Part shown: piece after piece, positions 39,187-51,411 of the stretch | Layout: the number at the start of each line of letters is the position of its first letter | Numbering within the stretch: the first letter of the stretch is position 1 | DNA from: Penicillus capitatus | Taxonomy: Eukaryota; Plantae; Chlorophyta | DNA: 64,000 nt | Assembly: GCA_965649825.1 (NCBI GenBank) | Contig: OZ287699.1 | Location: 1,332,477-1,396,476 of the forward strand | Direction: 5' to 3' | Notes under the pieces: model-generated | Told to the model about the DNA's origin: nothing | Seen by the model: only the letters and a program-made list of their open reading frames with translations | Database searches by the model: none | Program-made: the position numbers and the translations under genes

Positions 39187-40167
39187 ATGTGTGAGCCGAC
39201 TTCGAATGCCGAGGCAGTTCGTGTTGACGTGGCGCATGAGCGTGGAAATGGCAAAGAAACGACGAACGTCTCGTCGACGGTGGAGTACTGGCAAAGCGCA
39301 CTGCAAGAATTCTGCAAAAATTCGCCGACACCGCCACCACCGCCACCACAGCACGCCTATGTCGCCAATCCATTAACGGCAACGCCGCCTGCTTACGGTC
39401 TGTGGTCTGGCCAAATTCCGCCCGTAAGTCTGCTCTCCTGCACGACGCCGAAAATCGTTCGGAATGCTATCAGCCTCTGTTAACGCCTTACGGTCCCATG
39501 CCGTTCTTCGGCGGATTCTTTCCGGGAGCTTATCCGATACATCCAGCAGCGACGGTGCCGACGGTCTCGCTGCCAGCAGTGAAACCAGAAATGCACGAAG
39601 ACGGTGAGAAGGGAACACAAAGAAATGATCTACAGACGCCGAAACGCGTAAGGCGCTGCGAAATGTTGACACCCGACGATGTCTCAGCCCTATGTGCCAG
39701 CAGAGGAAGACGCCAACGTCAACAGCACCGCCGCCGCCACACTTCGTTCCTACACAGTCCCATCCATCGCCTCCTCTAAATCGACGTCTGGCATCGATCG
39801 ACCTACAACGGCTTCGATGGAGATGTGTACAGGGGAGGAGACACCGTGGCCCAAAATCGATGAAGAACTGAACCCGTCTGTTGTTCGAGTCTGTACATTA
39901 GTCACTCGATGCTTAAATACTAACCACTTTGTGATGTGACAGGACGATCGAGAACTGAAAAAAGAACGAAGAAAGCAGTCGAATCGCGAATCGGCGCGCC
40001 GATCTCGGCTTCGGAAGCAGCGTGAATGCGAAGCTCTTCAGAAACAGGTCCAAGACATCACGGCGCTCAATCAATGTCTTGAACAGGAAATCGCTCAACT
40101 CAAGCAGCGACTCGCCGAAGTGGAACGCGAAAATGAGCAACTCAAGGAAACGTGGTCGGCACACTAA
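39187..40167 (+). CDS. bZIP transcription factor, G-box binding factor-like
   Basis: Pro-rich N-terminus (PYGPMPFFGG..P.AYPIHP); DDRELKKERRKQSNRESARRSRLRKQ plus leucine zipper. Confidence 0.9.
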
Positions 40168-41212
40168 TCTGCCTCATCAATCTCTTCTCCAAGTCGTGGC
40201 TTTTTTGCGCAACGGATAAAGCTGCGTAAAATCCATTCTCTCTCAGCATGAGTCTGTTCGACAGATCCAAGTTTAATCTTGTATGGCTTCAACTCGAACC
40301 GTGGGCCCATCTGAAACAAAAGAGCCGTCACATCATTGTCATTCGGTGGATCGGAGGCCAACCTCCTGTAACTCGATTGAATCTGTGCCTTTCGGTTTCG
40401 TGTAACCGTGGTTTCGAACGGAAATGAATTCGTTTCGGTTGGCAAAAGTGACGATACGTTTGGACTCTGCCGGCGGAACAGGGAACAGGTACTTCAAGAT
40501 ATCTCTGAACCGCTGCCCCAATGGCGTCGTCAGATTATCGAAGATCAGATGCGGATAAACTGCCGACACGGTTCCAACAGCACTCTTGCTGCCGATGTCA
40601 TGTCGCATGACCTACGCGTCTCACTCTTTTTGATGTGACAGATGGGACGTACGTCACTCTACCGTGTTAAAAACGCCAAAGTAAGCCGTTGGGCCGTACG
40701 GCAGATGCGAAATCACCAGACCATCCGGTACACCGCTATGTTCATGAAGGATAATGAGATCGGTGACCTCGTGTTTCCGGCAACTCTCCACACACTCCTC
40801 CAAACTCATCGTCCCACGATTGATGCGCTGGGTGTTAGGTATCAGCAATGCCAACTCTTTGCCAAACTGCATCAGTTTTGAGGAGGCATCACGCGAAGTG
40901 GTCAGGCAGATCTTGGGATCGATCTCTCCTGCCCGACCGTACTCATCGTCCATATGTGTGCGTGGTATGGCTGTGTTGTCGTCTTCCAAGTCCAGTTTGT
41001 CCTTCAACTGTACTTCCGAACGCACCTCCGTTGGCAAAGCTTTGCCATCTGCACGTACACACGTCTCATATCTTTATCTCCCGACGATCCCGTCCTCGAC
41101 CGCGTAAGGCGTCTTGAATTTTGCGTTTCTTCTCGTATGTCTCTCTCTGTTTGCCTTCGAGACTCTTACGATACAGATACTCTCTTCGTCTTCGAATCGT
41201 GCGCCTCAGCAT
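40164..41212 (-). CDS. IMP4: U3 snoRNP protein IMP4 (Brix domain)
   Basis: MLRRTIRRRREYLYRKSLEGK, DPKICLTTSR, HEHSGVPDGLVISHLPYGPTAYF, YPHLIF, GPRFEL. Confidence 0.96.
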
Positions 41213-41381
41213 CCTTCATCGCCAACAAATGACGTGACGTGGCACGTCATCCTTATGCGTAGATAACGCATGCGTTGTTGCGTAGATAAACAAGGTGTTT
41301 TTCGCACTGATCTTCAAGACCATATTCATTCGTTGACTGTTGGGCCATTGATTCTTTGAACGAAAGCTGAAAGGCTTTGAC

Positions 41382-42358
41382 ATGAAGGCCTTTGGGATCG
41401 CTGTGTGGATTCTTTTTGTCTTTTTCGTTCAGTCGACTACGTCGACGTCGACATGTCCGCCGCCCGGATTTGATTCCGTGTCGCCCTTCAATGTCACGCA
41501 ATACATTGCCGCCTCGTGGTACATTCAGGAACAGGTATAGCTAATCGGCGTGGACTTCGACGCCAGAAGCTTCGTGGGATGTTTTGCAGAGGCCGCTCGT
41601 TTACCAGCCTGTCGACAACCTCTTCTGCGTCGTGGCGACCTATGAACTGCAGCGCCCAGATGACATCGCCGTAAGCTCGCTGTTACTGACAGCAATGCAG
41701 TAATGCCTTGTGCGCGTTAGGGAGGTCTGATGGTGATGAACTATGCAAACCAAGGCAAAGTCAACGGCGAATCGAGGGGCACATCAGGAAGCGGGTACGC
41801 GCTGGACGATCGATGTGCATCGATCGAGTGGATTGCTGTTGTCTAGCGACATGGATTCCGGAATGCTGAGGGCATCTATTCCAGACGTCAATGACCCGAG
41901 CAAGCTACTCGTCGGGCCACCAGCCCTCGAGAAATTCTCGTCGCTCTTCTACGGAGATTACTGGATCGTCGCTGTCGGTACGCCACCGCTCTTCTGTCCT
42001 CGCTGACCACAAGGCACGTGCGCTTCGATGCAGGGCGGAGCGAAGATCCCGTTATCGGTTATGATTGGGCGATCGTTAGTGGCGGGCCGCCGAAAGTAGA
42101 AACAGAAAACGGTTGCCGAACAGGTAGATCCTCCCCTAATGCCCTGAATGCGATGAAAGAGTCTGTTCTGTAGGTCGACGCTTTCTTTCACAGTTCCAGA
42201 CGAATGGCATTGGCTTATGGCTGTTCTCGAGAAAACCTGTCGATCCAGTGGGTACACAACAGATGCGATCCGTTGCACAAGATTTGGGATTTGATATCAC
42301 GGTCTTGCAAAAAGTAGAGCAAGACGGTTGCAAATACGAAGGAGCGATTCTGAAATAA
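41382..42358 (+). CDS. Secreted lipocalin-like protein, paralog 1
   Basis: Signal peptide, CPPPGFDSV, SWYIQEQ, YGDYWIVAV, YDWAIVSGGPP, LWLFSR, VEQDGCKY. Confidence 0.75.
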
Positions 42359-42539
42359 TCATTGGATAATCATGTGGGCTGACGTCGAGTAAAGCTTGTC
42401 ATCGAGCAATTTCACTGGAAACTCGTTCGTCCTTTCGATCCGCGTGCCGCGTCGCTTCAGAGATCGCGGATGACATAATCTTGACGCATCGGTCGGCTAT
42501 TTAAACGCCACTGCGTCATGGTGACGGCGTCGTCGCAAC

Positions 42540-43375
42540 ATGATTCGTGAATGGTGGTCGCTCTTCGTCTTCTTTCCTATCCTGGTGGCAGCGAAAGCTT
42601 GCCCTTCCAAATGTCCTCCTCGCGGCTTCGATTCCGTCAAGAACTTCAAACCCGATAAGTTCATCGAGCACTCCTGGTACGTACAGGAACAGGTATGGTC
42701 CACAACAGACGCATCTATCTCCTTCGGTCAATGTCATCACTCTAGACGATCATTGCTTTCCAGCCAATCAGCACCTTCTACTGCACTGTGGCGACATACG
42801 AACCCAAAGACAAGAAAGATATTACCGTACACTTTTCCTTTTCGTCTATCGCTGTGCCGAGTGCGAGAGTGTCTGCGTAGAAAGGCCTCATTGTTTACAA
42901 CTATGCCAATCGCGACAGAGTGAATGGACCTACCGTAGGGACATCCGGCTCTGGTGGCTCATCAGGGGTTTTCTCCGGCCTTGAAGCCATGATCCCTAAC
43001 GTGAAGGAACCAAGCAAACTCCTTGTCGGCCAATCGGTATTTCATCCGTTTTTGCCGCCCGGGATATTGGGTCTCCTCTATGGCGAGTATTGGATCGTCG
43101 CCGCTGCCGAAGATGACGAAGGTGGTTACCAATGGGCAATAGCGAGTGGCGGCGCACCCAAAGTGTCCACAGCCAAGGGATGCATGACAGGATTCGATTG
43201 GAAGAGGCCTTATCTGTTCAGTGGCGTTGGACTCTGGCTCTTCTCCCGCTATCCTGTCGATCCCGCCGCCACCAAAGAGATGCGATCCGTTGCGAAGGAC
43301 TTGGGATTCGACATCTCCAATCTCTATCCCGTTGAACAGCAAGACTGCAAGTACAAGAATGCTGTCCTCAAGTGA
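42540..43375 (+). CDS. Secreted lipocalin-like protein, paralog 2
   Basis: Signal peptide, CPPRGFDSV, SWYVQEQ, YGEYWIVAA, GLWLFSR, VEQQDCKY; first intron position shared with paralog 1. Confidence 0.75.
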
Positions 43376-43438
43376 ATTCAGATGAAACACTCCATTCCAT
43401 GCCTGTGTTTATGAAAATTTTGTATAAACCGACTGCTT

Positions 43439-44876
43439 TTAAATGCACGGTTTGGATCGTTGTGCGCGTTTCTTGTGGTATGAACTGCTCCAGGGGCCGC
43501 CGTCTCGTGCATAGTAATCCATAGGGTACTCGTGTGCGTCTTCCCAGAAACATGGGGCCACTTTCAAGGCCACCATCGCCTCGTATGGCGTCAGTACAGG
43601 TTTCTTAAATCCTTCGCCTAGATGCAAAGTGTGAGAAATGAGATGCATACAGTGGAAAAGAGTGAGACCCCAGTCAATCGAGAGACGAGGACATCCGACC
43701 TGCACCCAGGCATCGATTCCATCGATTCTTGCCACAGTGTGCGGCGAAATCTCGGACATCACAAAACTCAGCACCGTTTTGTTTGCTTCCGTGAGCAAGT
43801 TATGGATTCTTTGCACGACAGCTGGATTGCCTTGTCTGCCAAGAGACCCTCGAATGACACCCCATCGCTGAGCATCTTGCGCTCTCTCGATGGCACCCCT
43901 CCTCTGTTTCTGCATCTCCTCATGGTCGTACGTCTCTTCGGTGATCTGCGAAGTGTAAGGATCGTAGCGAAAGGCAGGCGTTGTGGGATTGGCCATCATA
44001 AGCGCTTCCAGATGAAAACGGCCATCTGCGACAAAGATAAGGGCATTCACGGATGGCGGCAGTGTAGGAGCTGTGCATCCCAGAACTTCGCCAGCAGACA
44101 ACGGCCGACTCTGTGGCACCACGATCTCCTGAAAAACATGCTGTAGCTGCTCCTTTGCTGCCTATAGCAGTGACGAGACAGGTATGGATATTGAGGAGAA
44201 TGTAGAGCGTTGGCGACTGACGTGAATGGCAGGACTGAATTGAATCGTTCCAGCTAAAGCAAGAGAGGAAGTTGATGGGAAGTTGTGCTGTACAGTTTTG
44301 CACAGATGCTCGATGTCGATCTCAATGGTGACAAAGACGTAGAGACATGGAATTTGTGTGACATCCACAGGTACGAGACAACTGTGCCCATAATGTACGA
44401 GGAAGTCACACTTTAGTGCCTGTGCCGTGAAATCATCCACACAACAGGCGCCATACGTCACATCACCCAACACAAAGCAATGCTCCAAATGGCCGAATCG
44501 CGTCAAAATGTCAGAGATGACGCAGGCGTACATGAGGAGACCTTCAGGAAACTGTAAGGCAACGCGATGCGCCTGTGCCTGACGCAGTCTCCATAACGTC
44601 TTCAGAATCTACTCAGGTCGAAGAAGCTCACACGAAGCTGATCGTCGTTCAAGAGATACCTCGAAATTGTAGTGACGTGGCAAGACCTCGATCGCTCGAC
44701 GCAACTCGACGTCCTCCAACAACTCCGACGGAATCTATGTTCGCTCTCGGTTTAGAGAGGCGACTGTTTGAGAGTAGTGTGACCGGGTTGTGGCGCCCCG
44801 TCGCCGACTGCGCTGTTTTCTGAATCGTCCCGCGAAAGCGACGGGGCTGCGCTGCTCCTTTAAAGGCGTCCGTCAT
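43439..44876 (-). CDS. DPH1: Diphthamide biosynthesis protein 1
   Basis: YNFE|[64 protein letters not shown]. Confidence 0.95.
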
Positions 44877-45021
44877 TGCAGTAATAGAGAAATGATGTGA
44901 CTAGTCGCCATCATCATTTCTTGCCGAATTGCACTAGGTTACACTTGGGTAAGCAGGAAAGGTCTATTTCACCAACTGTTCAGTGATCGCTGTGTGACAT
45001 TTCTTTGAAGTCAACGCGATC

Positions 45022-45606
45022 TCAATAGTTCCAAAAAATGCGTCGCAAGCTGTTCGGTTTCAGCCCCTTTCGACAGGACGGGCATTTCTTCGTTGTCTTC
45101 ATCACACGTGCCATGCACTCGATACACAATGCATGCCTGTCACATCAAACAGGTATTTATGGACGATCCATCTCTGCCTGGACGTCACATCACAGACAGA
45201 TGGATCTTACGCACCCACAGTCACCGCTGATTTGATCTTCTTTCACATCTAGGCAGACTGGACACTTGACTCCGGCTGGAACACGTATCATAACGATCTC
45301 TTTCTGCAGTTCTACCTCTGCCGAGGTCCCTTCGTCCATTGGCAGCGTCAAGTCGACGACTGAAGCTTCCTATCAGCACACCGTCTATTTGTGTGTCAGT
45401 CACACCATGAATGCTGTGACCTGTGCAGAACGTCGCTGTTTGGGTAGGGGAGAAACGAGGTCGATAACTTCGGAAATGTGAACATGCCCCGTCGTCTACC
45501 ACAACATTATCCGTCGAAATGCGGCATCGTGACGACAGAGAGGAGGATGTACAACTTGAGCAATTGGTATGGTATCGTCCAAAAGGTCGACGACCTCGTA
45601 GGACAT
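45022..45606 (-). CDS. Small SIM-containing C3HC4 RING protein (RNF4/STUbL-like); absent from the ORF track
   Basis: Four exons: MSYEVVDLLDD..., EVIDLV, SVVDLT, CPVC...CG|HALCIEC...CPSC...LRRIFWNY*. Confidence 0.85.
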
Positions 45607-45744
45607 TGACCTCGAACGCCGTCGTTTCCCTATGATGACTGTTTTGAAAGGAGAATAGCACAGCGTGGATAGCGTGGAGAAACAATGCGGAGCGTCGCCT
45701 GAATGATGTGACGGACGACAGATCGTCTGGAAGGACGAGAATGG

Positions 45745-48110
45745 CGATGATAATGTCGACGTTAACGATGGAGAACGGCGTGGAATCGAAAACGACGGCC
45801 ACGCAGAAACGCCGTCTGCGAAAGAAGAAGAATCGAGCAGAGCAACGACAACGACGCGACGACCAAACGAACAAAGAGGCGACAGGGAACGAGGAGGAAG
45901 AGGAGACAGCATCAAAGAACGGACTTCCTGTACGACGTGACAAAAATGAGTGTCACAGTGTGACTGGCTATGTTCAGGATGGTGTTGAAGTGAAGTACGT
46001 CTCGGCACCACGCGATTTCACGACGTTCTTTATCGATGATGGCGTGGGGGAGACGCCAAACGGTGCTGGTCCGTCGACGAAGCATAAGAGCGACAGTGAT
46101 ACGGAGATGGAAGAGAAGCCAAGAGGACGACGACGAAGACGTCCACGTTCGCGTAGTTCGTCGGAAGAACCGATCGATGGACTCGCCGCTGTCAATCAGG
46201 TGGGTGCAGAGATCCGACCGAGGGTACAACGAAGTGGGTGTGTCTGTTCAGGTCGAGTTGGAGAAGGAGTTCAATCGCATCTTCAACCGCTTTGTGACTC
46301 CAGAAGAGCTGACGCGATCGAAAGAAACGATGAACGAAAAAGAGACAACGAAAGTGCGATTCGCAAAAGTGCAAGAATTGGATTGACTGGAGGATGGAGC
46401 GCAGGTGGAGAAAGGAACGAAGAGCGATGCACCGATCAGCAGCGTGTTGCCGGATGATGATAACACAGACATGGACATGAGTGGTACACATGTGTGAGAT
46501 ATGAGTGACCATGTGCTGGATCTGTTTGTTTGTGCAGATGATGAGGTGAAGATGTCTAAGAAGAAGCGAAAGTTGCAGAACCAGATGAAAATTGGTGAAC
46601 TGAAGCAGGTCTGTCAGAAACCGGAAGTGGTAGAGGTGTGGGATGTGACAGCTGCTGATCCTCGTACCCTCGTCTTTCTGAAGGTCAACTTTCTCTTCCA
46701 ATGACTAATCTGACGCTCTCTACTCTTTCATCTAGTCTTACCGAAACGCCGTTCCTGTTCCACGTCATTGGTCACAGAAGCGAAAATATCTGCAAGGGAA
46801 GAGGGGAATTGAGAAGCCATCCTTTAAACTGCCGGAGTATATTGAAGCCACAGGTGATACCACTGTATTCCGTGCTGCAGTAGAGTGGGACTGTATTGCA
46901 GGAATCAGTTTGATGCGACAGACGTATCACGAAAAGGAAGAGTCGAAGAAGCTGAAGCAAAAGCAGAAAGACAAGATGCGCCCTCGTATGGGTCGATTAG
47001 ACATTGACTATCGGGTAAACACGCATCCGGCAGAGAAGCGGTGTTTTAGCACCATGGATGATTTAGATTCTGCATGATGCTTTCTTTAAGTATCAGACAA
47101 AACCGAACCTGTCGGGAATGGGAGAGCTATACTATGAGGGCAAGGAATACGAGGCGAAGGTCAAGAATATCAAACCAGGAATCCTTTCAGAAGAGCTGCG
47201 CAAAGCATTGGGAATGGCAGAGACATCTCCACCGCCTTGGCTCATCAACATGCAAAGGTCCGTTGCAGCGCCGCCATTCTCGCAACAAATCCATCGGGCG
47301 TTTTTTAGGTATGGACCTCCTCCGTCCTATCCCAGTTTGAAAGTGCCGGGTCTCAACGCACCCATTCCTCCCAATTCGACCTTTGGTTATCAGACTGGAG
47401 GATGGGGCAAGCCACCCGTCGATGAGCAAGGCAATCCAATTTACGGAGATGTCTTTGGCGAGAACGCGATCTACGAAGACTCCGATCTGGAGGTGGACAA
47501 AGTCACATCGTGGGGCGATCTGGATTCCGAAGCAGAAGAGACATCCGACGAGGAGGAGGAAGATGAAGAACTGCCGGAATTGCCTCCAGAGGAACCACCG
47601 GAGGAACCCGAAACGGAAGAAGAGACAGCCTCGATCGACGAAAGCGCTGTCACAGGAACCCTGTCCGTCGCTTCTGGTTTCGCTTCCAGTCTCCCTTCAG
47701 GTCTGGAGACGCCCGACGCTATCGATCTCCGCAAAGCATCCGACAAAGCTGTTAAGCAACTGTACACCGTTCTGGAACAGAAACACGCAGCGGTGGATCA
47801 TACGACGCTCATGGGATCCGATCATGTCTACGTGGTTCCTGACAAAGAGAAGTGGCCCGTGGGCGTGTCAGACCGAAAAAGAAACGAGGCACTGCAGAAG
47901 GTGGGTGGCAGCAGTGCTGATGTGGAGGTATCGATGGATCCTGCGGAGATCGAGGGCTTGGATGAGGATCAGATTCAGCAGCTCTATGCCGAAAAGCTCA
48001 AAGAGGCACGATCGGCTCGCCGGAAGGAAGACTGCTCGGATATGGTGGCGGCCAAGGCTGCACAGCAGAAGCGCAAAGTCGCAACAAAGAAAGACAATTT
48101 CAAGTTCTGA
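45745..48110 (+). CDS. SF3B2: Splicing factor 3B subunit 2 (SF3b145)
   Basis: KPEVVEVWDVTAADP, VPVPRHWSQKRKYLQGKRG, GELYYEGKE, PPWLINMQR.GPPPSYP, GWGKPPVD, SGLETPD, terminal FKF. Confidence 0.96.
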
Positions 48111-48118
48111 TGTGAGAA

Positions 48119-49468
48119 ATGTTGCCGTTCCCGAGATGCATCGCTGTAAGACATCGCGTTTCGTATGTTCGATTGCTGACGACGACGTTCGTCGATCCGT
48201 TCGGCGCAAAAGATCCTCAACGTGCCACCGTCGACGGGCGAGACCTGGGGGAATGGAATCGACTCGCGGGATACTCGAAAATGATCGGCGATCCGAAAAA
48301 GGGTCTGGCCGACGATACGAGGTGTCGTTCGCCTTCGGGCTTGGTCTTTGACAGAGGGTTCCTGTGATCAGCGTCCATCCCTTTGGAGATCTGCGCATCA
48401 ATTTCGCCCGTCTGAATTCACACAATCTATGTTTCTGGTGGGAGTATGATTTTACGGGCGGGAAGATTCTGAACAACGGACAGAATGCTTTGCTGTCGAA
48501 TGCGACAAAGAACAAGATATACACGCAGCACAAGCGCGATTCCAAAAGGTCCGTGCATCGTATGAAGCAAGCTTTAGATAATAGCAATGCTGCAGATGGA
48601 CAGTGGAGCGTCTGGCAGAGGTCTACAAGATCCGGCCGCAACGTGTGATGGCTATACTGAGTTTGAAGAGACTGGCAGAGCAAGAGATGAACATTTCAGA
48701 AGAGAGTGAAACGCCGCAGTCGGGTACGGCATCTCACACATCACTCTTTTGCCAGAAACGATGTTGGTGCGTACAGCAGATGCTCCGCCGGAGATCCATG
48801 TCTCTCTCGCGGAGAAAGATGAAGATCCAGAAAACGATGATGCAGAAGCCCCACCAGATCCAGAGGCATCTGCGGAGAAGCCATCGAAAGCGACCGTTTC
48901 CGATAAGGAATGGTATCAGTTGTGTGATTGGGCAGGTGTGCTTCGCCCTCTGCTGTACTTTGCTGAAAGATAGGGTTCGAGGGTAGAAGACCATGTGTTC
49001 GGGGCTACGGCGATCGAGGGATCCGGCGAACGGCATTTCGTCTCCGTTCCGACGTTTCCTAAATTTGAAGAGATCCCCTTGAGTGAAGCGTCCCAGTATA
49101 CCCAGACAGAATGGAGCATTTCTCGTGTGAATCGATTGTACACGGCGAAAGAAGATCGATTTCAGATTCGAGAATTTAAGGAGAGGTTGATGATGAATAC
49201 GGGCGAAGTGGGAAAATCCCTCGATTTCAAGACCGATCGAAAACAGATGCATCGTAGCCCGCCAAAGAATATCACTCCATTGGTTGTCACCTCTCTCGAT
49301 GAAGAGATGCATCGCCCTTATGTGGCCGAGGCAGATGGCAACCAGCGGAAACTGACAGAAGACGAGTTTCTCATATGGCGGCGCAGCCACAGAGAAGCTT
49401 TCACGAAGCTCGTGGGGCAACAGATTCGACGAGAAGGAAAACGAAAGCAACAGGACTCGGATCGTTAG
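48119..49468 (+). CDS. Probable mitochondrial ribosomal protein mS45-like (Bot1/MRPS35 family)
   Basis: Presequence-like MLPFPRCIAVRHRVSYVRLL; LSNATKNKIYTQH...WTVERLAEVYKIRPQRVMAILSLK; 50-nt first intron is in phase only for the 48119 start. Confidence 0.65.
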
Positions 49469-49525
49469 ACACAGTATTCAAACTGATGACGGCGTTTCTT
49501 TAATGAGATCGTATGAAGGATCGTA

Positions 49526-51305
49526 TCAAAATCCAGGCGGAGGTGGAGGGGTGGCAGGGTTCGATGCAGTAGGAACTGGCGATGGTGATGCTGCCGGCCG
49601 AACAGGGAGAGTTGCTGCCGTGCGCATCGCAGGGGCCATTCCTGGAGGAGGGGTGACAGTGGGTCGCGGTGGTGGCTGGTTTGCTATCGGCGTTGGACGA
49701 GGCTGACTGGCCAATCTACCAGCAGAACCTCGGGCAAGAGGGTGCGTTGTGCCAATGGGTGCTCCCCTAGCTCGAAATCCTCTTCCCTGATTACTGGGGT
49801 AATTCCAAGACGGTCTGAATGGCGGAAATCGTCCACGACCACCAAATCTCCCACCTCTGCCATGATACCGTCGCGGTCCATAACCACGTCGCATACCATA
49901 TCCAGAATAACCCATCTCTCTGAATCCATAAGGAATCATCTGCCCATTGCCTTAAGCAAGAGCGATATCGAGTTGAGTGGGATACCATGGATCTGATCTG
50001 CGGTTCCTGTCTGTCTGGATACATCTCCTTGGTGCGTTCGAACAGCTCGTTGATCATGCTCACTTGTTCTCCGTCCAATTCGAAGGAAAACTTACAGGTA
50101 CTCCTACAACAGCACCACAGGTACGGCATCTTTTTTTTTTGGGGAGGTGGGATGAAGTGAGAGCATAGACATTACCCGATGTAGTTATTCTTTCTTTCGA
50201 GGATGGGTCGGTATTCCTCCTCGGTAAGACAGGGATACGTATCCACCCTCTCCACCCGTATCTGGGCAGGAAACGCCGTTTCTGCACGGGATCCTGGACT
50301 CCATCCTGACGACACACACACTGCGCTTACCACACATGTCATTCGATGTCCGCAACATACCGCTGGGTTTTAGCTTCCAGTGAGCGGCCTCTATCGATTT
50401 GAAGACCCCGTGCAGAGAACGTCTGGTATAATTGAAGAGATAGAATGTCACTCTGACACGCACCATTTCTATCATATCTAGATCTTTGAGATCATACAGG
50501 ATCGTACCCTTCCTTGACATGCTGTAGATAGTCCCAGTGTTTTGCAGGTAATCCAAAAACGCCATCCGTAATACATTCATCTTTGGTATCATCTGTACAC
50601 CCTGATCACCAATACGGTATGATCATCACATCTCTTCGATGGCTTCGGAGACTTACCCATAATCACACCCGCCAGCTCATCCCCAAGCATCTTAAACATA
50701 TAGGCTGCCGGAATTGGAGGCCGAATGCTGAAAAACTCCTCTGCCATTTGTCCTCCCCTCATCGAATAGTCAAAGAACTCAGGTCTCTGGGGGTGTCCAG
50801 CCGCAACTGGAGTCTCGAGGACTTCGGTGGACGGCGGCGGTGGCGGCGGCCGAGGGGGAGGGGTTGCCAATGGATGCGTCATTGCCAATGGCGCTATCCC
50901 ACTTTCTGGACCCCCTTCGTCCGGAACTGTCGTCTCCGGCATCGTTGTCGCCACCAAATCATCCAATTCCTGTCCAGGTGGCACTTGCTGCTGCGCTCTT
51001 GGTTGAAAAACAGGAGGTCGTCCTCTCGGTGAGCCAATGCTCGGTCCTTCGGTTTCCGTCTCCGCCGCCAGAGCGAGCGATTCAATACGCGGCAGTTCAA
51101 GATTTGCTGCCACTTGGGGACGCGTTGCCGTATGCGACGGTGGTACGTTGATCGGACTGGCACCAGGTGGAAGACCCGATCGTCCCAACGGTACCGACGA
51201 CGCTGTCGTTACCACAACATTCGGCGACGCCACTTGGGCTTCTAAGACAGGAATGGGCGACATGCGTGGCGGCGTCGCCGTCGGCGTCGGTTCGCTCAAT
51301 TCCAT
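49526..51305 (-). CDS. DCD (development and cell death) domain protein with Pro-rich and RGG-rich tails
   Basis: LAGVIMG|CTDDTKDECI..VFGLP..H...FYLFNYTRRSLHGVF...FPAQIRV...KFSFEL. Confidence 0.85.
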
Positions 51306-51411
51306 CGTGCTTCAGTTTCGTCTTCGGGAAGAGCCGCGGATGATCGAAGTGTCCCATCGCTGATGCGTCTCTGCCGGACACCAGATATTATCTATGACGA
51401 CGCGCTCCGCC

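Noticed and set aside
48136-48351. Alternative mS45 start at ATG 48136
   Set aside because: Its frame is out of phase with the downstream exon after the 50-nt intron
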